This document shows, one piece after another, positions 51,790 through 64,000 of a DNA stretch of 64,000 nt. The stretch lies in the NCBI RefSeq assembly GCF_009914755.1, contig NC_060930.1, one strand, 5' to 3'. How positions within the stretch are numbered: the stretch's first letter is position 1; every line of letters begins with the position of its first letter. The DNA is from the human T2T-CHM13v2.0 reference genome, Homo sapiens. The translations under genes were made by a program, and so were the position numbers. The notes under the pieces were generated by a model. The model was not told the origin of the DNA. It did not search any database and was given only the letters and a program-made list of their open reading frames with translations.

Positions 51790-52020
51790 TTACTGAGTGC
51801 CTACTATGCGTCAGCATTGTGCCAGCCAGTTTATGCACACTAATCTCATTTACACCACATAGTAACTGGCTGAAGTGAGTTAGCCCATTTTACAGATGAG
51901 GAAACTGAGGAACAGGGAGTTAAATAACTTTGACAGGATCACACAGGTGGGTAAGTGATAAAGCAGGGACTCAAACCCAGAGTTCTCTGACTCCAATATG
52001 CATGTTCTTTCTACCATGCT
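51790..52020 (-). mobile_element. MIR SINE
   Basis: cccattttacagatgaggaaactgagg...ggactcaaacccag. Confidence 0.8.
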
Positions 52021-52889
52021 AATTACATAAACATGACAGAATGGTCAAGGAGGCAGAGCAGACTCCACAAAGACAAAATGACAAAATATTTGTCATTTCT
52101 TCGTGCTAGAAACATTTGAATTGCTAAGAAACAGCAAAGATACAGAATAGTTGTAGGACCCAGACTTGGAGTTCTTCATACTAGTTTCCGCCTCCATTTT
52201 GGATCTCTCTATAACCAGCTTCCTGTGGCCAGTCTGTTCTTCATTGAGAATCCTTTTGCTTTTGTTTCTGTGATGTTGCCTTTGTTGAGAGTCCTAACGG
52301 AGCTCTTCCCAAGATAGCTCTCTGCTTATCTTTCACACCCTGGTCTATGCTTGCTCCCTTAACTCTTGGCAAGCCCATGCTCCTCCAGGTTTTTTTTCAC
52401 TAGCAAAATTATTTTCCCTTCTTCCTTCAAAACATGATGCTAGAGCTCCAATCTTGAGCTGGGTGCTAGAAAAGGACCTCAGGGCGATAGTGATTACCAG
52501 TTAGCAAGCACTTGCTACTGGACAGGATTCATATATGCTGAATGTTCGCATGCAGTATCTCATGTAATTGTCTGAACATCCTTAGGGTAGGTGTTAGTAT
52601 CTCTGTTTGATGGATTGGGTAGCTGAGGCCCAGAGTCACTGAGTAAGCTGCCCAACATCACACAGACAGCCAGTTCTCAATCTCAGCTCTGTGTGGCCCA
52701 GAACCTGTGGCATCAACCCCACCCACAGGGGATGGTCAGGAAGATAAACTGCTTCCCCATCCTCTCTACTGTGGATCTTGATTCTTACTATAAGTTAATA
52801 TAGATTCTCAATATAATTTAATATACCAAATAGCTGACAGTGGGACTCTGCTGGGAAGAAGAGAAATATGTAATACGTCTGCTAGGATC

Positions 52890-54140
52890 CTCAGTCCATT
52901 TGAAGAGACTAACACATGAAGTGCACTCCATGACCTCCCTTGGGTCCTGGGACATTCTCGTGTGTTCCTTCCCACCTCCCTAATGTTCCCTTTGATCTCC
53001 TCCTCAAGCTGCCCTGTTAATGCTGGTGTTCTATAGGGATCCACCTTCAACCTACCTCTCTTCTCCCCCCACATCAGGGCTTAGAGATTTGAATAACCAC
53101 AAGCAGTGTGCAGAAATTCACCCAGCAGGCTGAGCATTAAACAATAGCTGCTTGTACAGCAACCAAACAAAACCTTTGCCTGGCTACAGGCCTTGAACCA
53201 TACCCAGCCTGATAAAGCGTCCAAACAAAACAGAACATTTTGGCAAAATCCAAACCATGCTCAGAGCTGCAGGGTTGTTGCTCTTATTTCTATTTTCCCG
53301 GGACAATTTCATCTATCGCAAGTATTTGTCTATTATCTACTTCCTCCATGATGATAACCTCTGCACCTGCTGTCTTCAGCCCAGGTCTCTCTCCTGGCTT
53401 CAGACTCTGTGCATGTGAGGGCCTGCTGACATCTCCAGCTGCCCCTAGATCCAACTTGGCCAAATTTGAATGCACCATCCTCCATTTCTCTCCATCCTCC
53501 TGCCTGTATTTATTTCCCCCCTTTCCCATCCCACTTTCTTACTTTCTTGCTTGGTCTCTCTCTCTCTCTATCCAGCCCTCCAGTACCTGCCCTAGTTCAG
53601 GCTGTTGCCCTAGTCCCCTTGAATATTGCTGTAGCCTCCTACATGGGTCCCACCGCCCCCCATCCACCCTTCTCATTGCAGCCTGAGTCACTGACCAAAA
53701 ATAAAAATCTAGGGCTACCTTCAGCTCAAAATTCATAGCCTGTGGGAAAAGACACAAACCCCTTAGCTCGATATCCAAGCCCGCCCCAGCCTAGCAGCAC
53801 ATACGTCTAGAGCCACCCCAGGTTCTCACTTCACTCTCTGGGCACAATCAATTGTGTGTACTTGTCCTACATAGACCACAGAGCACCACGCTCCAGTGTC
53901 TCTAGGCCCACTGCTGCCTCTGCCTGGAGAACCTTCCTTTCCCACCCACCCACACTCTGCCTTTGCCGAGCCACTGCTATATATTTTGAAAACCTACATC
54001 AGTGCCACCTCCTCTGAGAAGCCTTCTCTGACATCCCCCAAGTCTGGACCAGGCACCCCTCCTGTTGAGGGGGGCGGCGCACAGTATCTAGTACCATGGC
54101 ACAAGATTTCAACATAGCTTGTTTACTTGTCTGTGAACTG
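52890..54140 (+). mobile_element. L2 fragments interrupted by an unrelated insert (~53076-53330)
   Basis: gggtcctgggacattctc..., cagcccaggtctctctcctgg..., acctcctctgagaagccttctctgac. Confidence 0.6.
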
Positions 54141-54244
54141 GAGGGCAACCGCACATGGCAGGCACTGGAGTTGTCCATCCAAAACCTAGGACCTTTTCCT
54201 GATTTTATTCAGGCAAGAAATTGCTCAGTCTTGAGGATGATCGT

Positions 54245-54465
54245 TATTTTTTTTAACTTTTTGAAATTTTATTTTTTATTGATACATAATAGTTGTACAT
54301 ACATTGGGGATACATGTGATCATTTAACACATTTGAATAACTTGTAAAGATCAAATCATCATACTCAGGATATATATTGCCTTAAATATTTGTCTTTTCT
54401 TCATGCTAGAAACATTTGAATTGCTGTCTTCTAGCTCCTTTGAAATATACAATAGATAATTAGTA
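54245..54465 (-). mobile_element. L1MA (MA5-like) 3' end
   Basis: ttttttattgatacataatagttgtacat...atgctagaaacatt...ttctagc...gaaatatacaata. Confidence 0.85.
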
Positions 54466-54469
54466 GTTA

Positions 54470-54682
54470 ACCTTTACTGTGAGCCAAGTACTGTGCTAAG
54501 CACCTTATGTACATTAAACATTTAATCCTTACATCAACCTGTGAAGTATCATTATCACCATTTTACAGATGGGAAAACTGAGGAACAAAAGGTTAAGCTC
54601 CTTGCCCAGGGTTATATAAATCAGAAGTGATGGAGCCATGATTTGAACTGTGGCCATCGGGCTCCAGAGCCTGTGCTCTTAG
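54470..54682 (-). mobile_element. MIR SINE
   Basis: catttaatcct...ccattttacagatgggaaaactgagg...gatttgaac. Confidence 0.8.
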
Positions 54683-55106
54683 TGGACATGATAGACTCAC
54701 TGCTTTTCCCATGAACAGCACATCACAATTGGCCCAAGGCAGCCATTTATGGCATCCCATTCTGGTTTGCCTGTGACTGGTCTAGAAACAGGCATGTGAT
54801 CCAGATATGGTCACTGGGTTATAATAAGAAGGCACCTGGGCACTTCTAGGAAAGGTGTTCTTCCCCTATGGAAAAAAAAAAAAAAGAGCAAAGTGAAGGT
54901 CCCTGTTCTGTCTTGCTTCTGTCTTTGAGCATTAGGATGTTGTTGGGGGCTATGATGGCCATCTTGCCATCTGAGGGGAGATATCACTGACCCACCAAGA
55001 ATGGTTCTTGATGGCACTGCTGAGCTGTGGACCCTACAGCCTCTAAGGACCACAGCCCTGGACTTCTTTCTTATTTTAGATGAGATAATGAATGCCCGCA
55101 TTGTTT

Positions 55107-55657
55107 TGTCAGAGGTGTTTAAACTGGAGCAACTCCATCTTGAATAGAGGCTGGGTAAAATAAGGCTGAGGCCTACCGGGCAGCATTCCCAGACAGTTAG
55201 GCACTCTAAGTCACAGGATGAGATAGGAGGTCAGCACAAATACAGGTAATAAAGACCTTGCTGATAAAACAGGCTGCAGTAAAGAAGCTGGCTAAAACCC
55301 ACCAAAACCAAGATGGCGATGAGAGTGACCTCTGGTCATCCTCAATGCTATACTCCTACCAGTGCCATGACAGTTTACAAATGCCAAGGCAACATCAGGA
55401 AGTTACCCTATATGGTGTAAAAAGGGGACGCATCAATAATCCACCCCTTGGTAGCATATAATCAAGAAATAACCATAAAAATGGGCAACCAACAGTCCTC
55501 AGGGCTGTTCTGCCTATGGAGTAGCCATTCTTTATTCCTTTACTTTCTTATTAAACTTGCTTTCACTTTACTCTGTGGATTTGCCTCGAATTCTTTCTTG
55601 CACGAGATCCAAGAACCCTCTCTTGGGGGTCTGGATTGGGACCCCTTTCTGGTAAGA
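55107..55657 (+). mobile_element. MER41A solo LTR (ERV1), nested in an old MLT1 LTR (~54760-55715)
   Basis: tgtcagaggtgtttaaactggagcaactccatcttgaatag...gagatccaagaaccctctcttggg; 551 bp; 4-bp TSD gttt. Confidence 0.9.
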
Positions 55658-58600
55658 GTTTAGGCCACTACTGGCTGAGTATTGTAACTTGCAGCCAAAC
55701 CCATACACCCATCCAATGCCTAAACGGTGCCTGGCACACAGTAGGCCCTTCATAAAGGGCTGTTTAATGAAGGAAATGGAAAACCACGTGAGCATATGTG
55801 GCAAAACAGGATGAACTCAAAGCACTACATGAATATGAAGAAAGTTTCATTTTCTTGAGCCTCAGTTTCCTCATTGAGGGGGCTGGGCTCAGTGGGTTCA
55901 CTTAGGCACCCACTTTCTCTATTTTGAGTACAAGAAAAGATGAAGTTTCAGGTAGGCAGGACTGACAATAAATGTTATGGGAGAAGAGACCCTGGGAATC
56001 CCTCACAACTGCACACTGCTTATCCTTGGCAAGCTGAGGGAGCCTGTCAAAGGGCATCACTTTCTGCGGGAAGGTTCAAAGAAACACATCTAAATAGAAG
56101 AGAGTATGATAAGGGACTCGCCCAGGGGCCACCCTCTACAACAAAGAACTGCAAAGACCTCTGCTCTCTTGGCCTTTGATTTAACTCAATACAATCTGAA
56201 AACATCTGAACGACTTTCTTTGTTCACTATAGAGTCCTGAGGGCCGCCCAGAGGCCTGCCTGTTTATCCACCACAGGCAGCTGGCAGTAACTCAGCAGGC
56301 GCAAAGCACACACCTTGCTCTGTCAGATCAGCCACTCAGATAAGGCCACGGGGGTCACTCATGAGTCCAGGGGCATTGGCGTGGGCTCTAAGGCACCTGA
56401 TGGGGCAGGCCAACCATTGGCCAAGTAATAAGGACCTCTGAGTCCTACTCTGAGGCTTCCCTGGCTCCCTTTTACTGTCCCTAGTCATCCTTTGTGGGAC
56501 CCTTTAGGAAATTATACATTAGTTCAATGTTCACTTCAATTTCTCAACTAAAAGTCTGTGTTCTGCACTCAGAAACATCTTAGTCAATTGCATGTGAGTA
56601 TGAACTGAAGTCTTTCTCAGGGCTATCTGCTAACTAAATCTCATCCCCCCAAGATGCCTTTAATGTGTTTGTCTTGCAAGCTTTGTACCAGTTTTTAACC
56701 ATTGTTTACTTAGGTTTTTACCTATTTTCTAGTTCCCAACTAGACTATAAATTTCTAAAAGACAGAACCCACATCTTCTATCCATACTTAGGATTCAATT
56801 ATTCATTCATTCATTCATTTATTCAACAAACATCTATTAAGAGGTGGGCTTTGTGCTAGGTCTGAGCTTTCAAAAACGAGTAAGACATAGCCCCTACTTT
56901 CAAGATATGAAAGTCTATTTAGGGGAGACAGACTGTCGAAGCAGAGAGTTAGGTCCCCTCCTCATCTTCATCCTGGGGTTCATGTTCCGAGTGTCACAAC
57001 CCCACTCAACCAGCCTTTATTTGATCTACTCTGAGTAACTCTGTTTCTTGCAATCAAGAGAAACCAATTACGGCATCCTCTAGGGTAAGAAATGCTTAAA
57101 CTGACTCTTAAAGGATCAGTATAAGGGAAACGAGGGCATGGGGAGGATATTCCTGGCAGAGGGCACAGCACGAGCAACAGCATGAAGGCCAAGAACAGCT
57201 TGTTATGGGCAATGCCAAACACATGTGCATTCATTTCTATTTTTGATCCTTCATTGTGGAATGAAAGGCTTTGTCCACAGTAAAGCAGTCCCAAACACCA
57301 AAAGACTGATAAAGGAGGTATTTTGGGACTTGCGTAGGGAGGAAAGTCCCTTCCCTGAGCCTGCAAAATCACACTGAGTAAGCAGCTGTCTCCAAACGCC
57401 AGTGCTTAAAACCAATCCTACTGATTCACAGCAGCTTCTTTGGTGGCCAAAGATGCACGAGAGAGAAGGAGCAGCCCAACTGCAATGGCCAAAGTCCTGG
57501 GAATGAGAGAAATGTCTCAAAAGAGAGAATGGCGAGGTTGAAAGGGACACTAAGAGATTACTTCATTCATTTGAGTCCTGAAGGCCTCACACCAACGTGG
57601 GAGAAATGCAGACCTGGAATCCAGCCTTCCATCCCTGGAAAATCCCATGGAAGGTACTTCCTTCTATGCAGAGAAATACCATTTCCCCTGCAATTTGGTA
57701 CTTACACATAAGAGGAATACAGACTCCCAAAGCTTAGGAGAATGGGGAATATTAATATGATACAATGCTGGGTTCAGTCTACCCTTTAGCTTCCCAGAAA
57801 AGGCTGGTTCCAGCATGCAGAGCCAATGACACATGCTCTAAAAAAATCCAGAGCATCTAAACAAGGCAATGTTATCCCCCTTCTTCTGCCAGAGCTCCAC
57901 TGGGCTCCATCTAGCCCTTCATCTCTCAAGCTCCATTTCTAGGAGCCCACATCTTGATAAATGACTGGTAAGAGTCACTTAATCCCACAGAAATTAAGTG
58001 ACCTACTGTGTGTAAGACTTTGTCATTGGAGAAGTGTGAAAAGCTCAGATTTTCTTACTTGGGACCCATCCCAATCCCCCGATGCCAAGGGCTTCAGATG
58101 TGGTTAGCAAAGACACCCTTGACCCATAAGGACATTCACTCCAAGTTCTGGCTTCCAATCAGCTCAGGGGATTGTCTTTCCATGACCTAAAGTGGCATCC
58201 TGCTTGCCTCTCATCTATCAGGAGCCACAGACCTGCTTTGCTTTCTAAAAAAACTGGTGCCCCTGTGCTTACCTTCAGCTTTAAAGATGGCTACTTAAGG
58301 GCAAAACATGCTCACTCAAATGTAAGTTCAGTGAGGGCAGTGGCTTTATCTTGTTCATTATTGAACCCCCAGAATCTAGGACAGTGTCTGGCACATTGTT
58401 GTTGTTCAATAAATGTCGAATGAGTGAAAGCATTTGTTGGCTGCCTTCCCCAATAGACTGTAGCCTTGTGGTTACCACTGTATCCTCTGTTTAGAACAGC
58501 ATCCAGCATCTTGTAGGGACTCAACAAGTATTTCCTAAATGAATAAGTAAGTAGTAGGTTACTGATTTTTTTTGACAAATAATTTTTCTTACAATGTATT

Positions 58601-58678
58601 CAGTATTTATTCAACTAATTATTGAGTTTCTTCCTCATGCCAAGCCCTGAGCCAGGCTTGGAGATCCAAAGATGCTCA

Positions 58679-59050
<372 letters not shown>

Positions 59051-59109
59051 AAGTAGAAGCCCTTGAATCTGGCAGGACTTAAAACTCAAAGTTTGCCAGA
59101 AAATTGAAA

Positions 59110-59562
59110 ATATCAAAATGGAGAATCATAAAAATTCCTACCATGCTGGACAACTTCCACTTGCCCCCAATCCCCTCTCCTCCACCCTCTGTCTGCTCTC
59201 TACACTGGGGGTTTCAACTCTGTGGACTGTATCAACGGACTCCTGTTCCTTCTTCCTTCTTGATGGGTTTGTCCAATAGGAGACACTGGTAGAAGCTTGC
59301 AGGAAGAAAGAAGGGAGAGGCCAGGGCATTTAATTCCCTGTTTCCCCCCTGCAGCACCTTGGCACACTGGCTGCCTCCCTCATCCCGAAGCTCAGCTGCT
59401 GTCAGGAGCCCTTCTGCATTCCCCCAACTTGAGGTCCTATCCTGTGGTTTTCCTAATTTCTACCTACAGTTTTATAAACAATCCTTTTATTTTATTAAAC
59501 CCTCTTCAAAGTATCTAATTTGAGCATGTAATTTTTTTCCTGCTGTGATTCTACTAACATAT
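59110..59562 (+). mobile_element. ERVL-class LTR remnant (LTR33-like)
   Basis: tggactgtatcaacggactcc...gggtttgtccaataggagacactggtagaag...ttattaaaccctcttc...tttcctgctg. Confidence 0.55.
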
Positions 59563-60437
59563 ACCCCTTCAACATTTTTTCAACTTAAAAAATATATATA
59601 CACAAACACACGCACACACGTACTAATTCACCTGTTCCTTAAAAGGCCAAGATCTTTTCTTTGGTTGTGGGTCTGCTAGTTGAATTTCCATGTCCTCTTT
59701 CATTCATAAACAACATCCATGATGTGTAGACTATGAGTTGCCTATTTCTTTTTATTTAAATTGGAGTGAGAATTTAAGGACACTTGCTAATGCAATTCAA
59801 GTGCAGAATATCTTGAGATTTTTGCAGGCTGTTTTCTAATATTTTACAGTTGTTCCACCCACACCTAATTTTCCAGCAGTTTGATTTCATGACTCACATT
59901 TAGGGAGCCTTTTTTCCCTTTGAAAATCTCAACATTGACTTATTCATTCATTTCTTAATCAACATCCATTCATCAACTCCTACTCGTCTCAGGCTGTTGG
60001 TTGGAACATGAGGCACAAAGATGGGGCCACCATGGTCTCTGTCTTTGAGTTCAGTCTTGAGGAGATACACATGTGACCACACAATAGCATCTCATGAAAA
60101 TGAGCTTGCTCAAACTCCTTCATGCATCAGCTTTTCCATGTGTCTTCCTGAAGCATTCAACTTTTAGGTTGTATAAAAACAACTCTCACTCTTTTTCCCC
60201 TGTACTTCATTGGTCCGTGCCACACTCAGTTAGATCATGCAACTACTATAACAGGTAGAATTAGGCTAGGCAGGTTTGGGAGCTCATGGTTTGTGTCTAA
60301 CTCAATAGGTAAGAGCAGAAGTGATAGCTAGAAGCCGGTCGACTGTAAGGGTTCACTGGGCCTCAGACATTGATTAGCATGCATCACAGGGTGAGCAGAG
60401 AGCTTGCCTTATGCCAGAAGTTTGGGCTTTAAGTAGA

Positions 60438-60800
60438 TGCTATGGTATATATGTTTGTCCCCCCAGATTCATATGTTGAAATCCTAACCCCTTTAAGTGA
60501 TGGTACTAGGATGTGGGGCTTTTGGAAGTGATTAGGTTATGGGGCCAGAGCCCTCATGAATGGGATTCATGATCTTATAAAAGAGGCTCAAGAGAAACCC
60601 CCTCACCCCTTCCCTCTGTGAGAATACAGCAGGAAGGCACCATCTATGATCCAGAAAGTAGGACCTCACCAGACACTGAATCTGCTGCCACCTTGATCTT
60701 GGACTTCCCAGCCTCCAGGTTGTGAGAAATAAATCTCTGTTGCTTGTAAGCCACCCAATCTATGGTATTTTGTTACAGCAGCCTAAATGGAATAATAGCA
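60438..60800 (+). mobile_element. MLT1A-like solo LTR
   Basis: tgctatgg...tcatatgttgaaatcctaacccc...ttgatcttggacttcccagcctccag...gtattttgttacagcagcc. Confidence 0.9.
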
Positions 60801-60904
60801 GCAGAGGTTACTTAAGAGAAATGCCACTACACTTAATGTACAGAGTGAGAGAGAGGTATACTAGGATGCATCACATACAAGTGCTAAAATGTATGGATGG
60901 CCAT

Positions 60905-61601
60905 TGTTTTGGACTGAGCTCCTGCAGTAAGCCTCAAGAGACCAGACCAAATCACAATGGAACCACTCATGCTAGGTACCGCAAAATCAAACATACCTTT
61001 AAGATGAGCTGGTAGGAAGAAAAAAGAGAGAGAAGGGAAGGGAAGGGAAGGGAAGGGAAGGGAAGGGAAGGGAAGGGAAGGGAAGGGAAGGGAAGGGAAG
61101 GGAAGGGAAGGGAAGGGAAGGGAAGGGAAGGGAAGGGAGGGGAGGGGAGGGGAGGGGAGGGGAGGGGAGGGCAGGGCAGGGGAGGGGAGGGGAGAGGAAG
61201 GGAAGGGAAGGGAAGGGAGGAGGGGAGGAGAGGGGAGGGGAGGGGAAGGGAGAGGAGAGGGGAGAGCAGAGAGAAGAGGAGAGAGAAGAGAAGAGAGAAG
61301 AGAAGAGAAAAGAGAAGAAAAGAAAGGAAAGGAAGGAGATTTACAGCACCAGGCAGTCTACTTGAGCAGGCATGATAAGGAAGTCCTCTCTGTGAACTCT
61401 GTAACTTTGAAATGACCAGTCTGCTTTTTGTTCCTCGGTTTTGGTTTCTTCAGCATTTTCTGCTTGTAAAGCCAACTGCCTCTACTCAGGTCATCAGAGC
61501 TGATATCTATTTTCCAGAAGGGATGCTGCCTGATTCATGAATTGCTAATAAAAGCCAATTACACCTTTAAACTCAATTTGTTGAAATTGTATCTTTTGAC
61601 A
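60905..61601 (+). mobile_element. ERV1-class solo LTR (LTR54/LTR51-like) interrupted by a purine repeat
   Basis: tgttttggactgagctcctgca...agaccagaccaaa...aataaaagccaatt...tcttttgaca; subfamily uncertain. Confidence 0.65.
61015..61338. repeat. Compound polypurine pentanucleotide repeat, (AAGGG)21 core at 61033-61137
   Basis: Direct reading; continues as AGGGG, AGGGC, AGAGG, AAGAG, AAAAG and AAAGG units. Confidence 0.97.
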
Positions 61602-62969
61602 AATAATAAGTTTCAAGACATAGAGAGGAAGCTTTCTCAAAGAAGGTGACATGTGAGTTGGTCTTAAAATACCAGCAGGAGTTTGGCAGAGGAGGAAGAG
61701 ATTCCAAACTTAGTGACAAGCATATATAAAGGTAGTGACAAAAGGCATGTAGATAATGTGTACGCCTATGACTTAAGTGCATGTGGGCACATGAGCCCTA
61801 GGACACATATCCAAAGACAAAATGTTCATAGTGGCCCAGCCAGTTTGAACAGAAAAAAAGCAACTAGAAGCTACAGTGGGAGGATGTCTTTTTAAATGAG
61901 GAACGATTACATTCTGGAATACTATACAGTAGTAAAAATGGATGAATTATAGCTACATAAAATACCATGGATAAATCTTAAGAATAGGGAAATTGATTAA
62001 GATGGCAGAATTTGTACAGTATGACTGCACTTCTAAAAAGTTCAAAAATGTGCAAAACTGAATGGATTTTGTTGTTATGGGTTTAATAAAAATGGTAAAC
62101 AGCAAAAAGGCCAGTGTGGCTGGAGCAGAGAGAAAGGCAGTAAGAGTGGGAGGATATGGTATCAGAAACATGGTGAGGCAGGCACAATGGGGTTAGGGCC
62201 CACTGGCCATCATAGGCCTTGAGGTTTCCCCTGAGTGGAGTGGGGAGCCATTGCAGGCTTTTGAGCAAAGGAGTGACCTGATCCAACTAATGTTTTCAAA
62301 GTCTGTATGTATGTCTAAATTGTGTCCATCTATGAAACAAATATATTGCCTACATGATAAAACATATGTAACAAATTAGACATATCACACACTAATATAC
62401 CAAGCCATAAGCCATTCTTAGGGTGAAGTTCTTTGTTAATGACAGTGGATATACATTCACATTTCATATAGCTTTACTGATAGTTTTGAAATGCAGAAGC
62501 TGGCCCTACCACTGCTGTTGTAGTCTCATCACATGGCTGACAAAGGGTTTGTCATGGGAGTAAGAAAATGCCAGTTTAGCTATTTCTCACCATCCACTTG
62601 GGCTTGCCTTACAGATACTGTGTTCAACTTGTGGTTTTGCTGTAGGGATATGTTTAAGCAGTTTGTTCTTTTGTGGGGGTTAGTTTAGGTGACATTTGGT
62701 AAGGTAATCTGCAGATATTCATCAGGACACCCATATAACAGCAATGCACATGACTGGAAGCAAAGCCACAGGCACCCTTCCTCTCCCCAACTCTCCACCC
62801 CTGTCTGCATCTCTGAGGATTCCATGGAATAGAAGGTGAAGTCCTTGGACTGGATGGTTCCTATGGTACCTACAGGCCTATGAACATCAGGTCTGGAGGA
62901 GAAAGGCATGTGCAGACAATGCCTTGGTCAGAGGGATAGGTACAAAATCCTCCAAAAGGGATGGTTTAG

Positions 62970-63326
62970 AGCTGCCATTCAGTACAGATGTCACTAGTCA
63001 TATGTACTATTATTGAGCTCTGGATGTGGCTAGTGCAAATTGAGATGAGCTTTAAGTGTAAAATACACCTGCATTTCAAAGACCTTGTTAAAAAGAACAG
63101 CAAAATATCTCATTAATTTTTTAAAAAGTGCATTTTTAGAGTGCATGTGAAAATAATATTTTTATACTATTGGGTTAAGTTTAATAAATTATTAACATTA
63201 ATTTTACCTGCTTTGTTTTTGCCCTTTTTTCCCTATTATTTGTTTAATGTGGCTACTAGACAGTTTTTTATTGCATACATGGTTCATGTTTGTGGCTCAC
63301 ATTATATTTCCATTGAATAGCACTGG
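62970..63326. mobile_element. MER33/MER3-like hAT-Charlie element
   Basis: atgtggctagtgcaaattgagatg...aagtgtaaaatacac...aatgtggctactag...cattatatttccattgaatagcactg. Confidence 0.8.
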
Positions 63327-64000
63327 TCTAGACAGAAAACCAGTTCCCTAAGTTATGGAAAAGTCCAAATTTATCAACATTATCAGCACCTTTTGTTCCA
63401 ATTGGTCTTGCCCATCATGTTCCCAATAATGGCCCCATTAGGTAAAGAAGCCTGTGGTGAATGCCTTTATGGCACATTGTGAAGGTGGTGCCCTGTGATT
63501 CAGGAAGGCGATGACTAATGAACTAGGGCTCTGCCATGTACTTGCCAAGTGACCTCAGAAACATCACCGGCACATTGCTTTCCTTCCTTGTCTGTAAAAA
63601 TGTGAAGGAAATTAATCATATAATATTCCATCTTTCTGGCTCTGGGTGCCTCCTTCCAGAAGTATTTGCACTTTTAAAACGGAGTCTCTAGAAGGCAATG
63701 CTCAACCCAAATTAAGAAATGCCAAATGGCAAAACTTCAGGCCCCAGTGGAGGAGGAGTTTTGGAGTAGAGAAGATCCTCCCGGGTCCCTGCAAATCACA
63801 GCTCAGATTCTATGTGAACCTGATAAACATATAGGAACTCACAGGACAGACTGACCCTGTGAGAAGTAGTAGGCTGGGATGGAGATTCCAGATGGGTCTT
63901 CATTTGTACCACCAAGCACATGCTGTCGATTTAAGCTGCATGGTCAGGCTATTATTTCATGAGCACATCCTCCTCTGGCAGACACACACACACTTCCATA

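Noticed and set aside
55107-55657. Interferon-gamma/STAT1-inducible MER41 enhancer
   Set aside because: The segment carrying tandem GAS sites in MER41B (TTCCGGGAA / TTCCCGGAA) is absent near 55425-55435; length and sequence fit MER41A

Overview
Repeat-rich primate (human-like) non-coding DNA. I can support no host protein-coding gene, tRNA, rRNA or CRISPR array; nearly all short ORFs in the track are Alu, L1, LTR or low-complexity noise. The dominant feature is a ~7.4 kb minus-strand HERV-H provirus (17708-25079). It has two 434-bp LTR7-family LTRs (27 differences by hand count, ~6%), a perfect GCAGT target-site duplication, a degenerate tRNA-His PBS and a PPT. It keeps nearly all of pro-pol and a full-length env footprint, but lacks the 5' leader and 5' gag. 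Its env SU region is still open (378 aa, signal peptide and CWLC) and ends just before the furin site, making it a candidate soluble truncated Env. Other notable structures: a strong CTCF motif, a twin-primed L1 with templated junction repeats, a ~250-bp fold-back palindrome, a perfect 72-bp tandem duplication, a 42-bp copy of sequence 2.3 kb away, an ancient CR1/L3 RT relic and an RFC1-like (AAGGG)21 compound purine repeat. Repeat subfamily names and consensus comparisons come from my recall, not from a search, and boundaries of old repeats are approximate.
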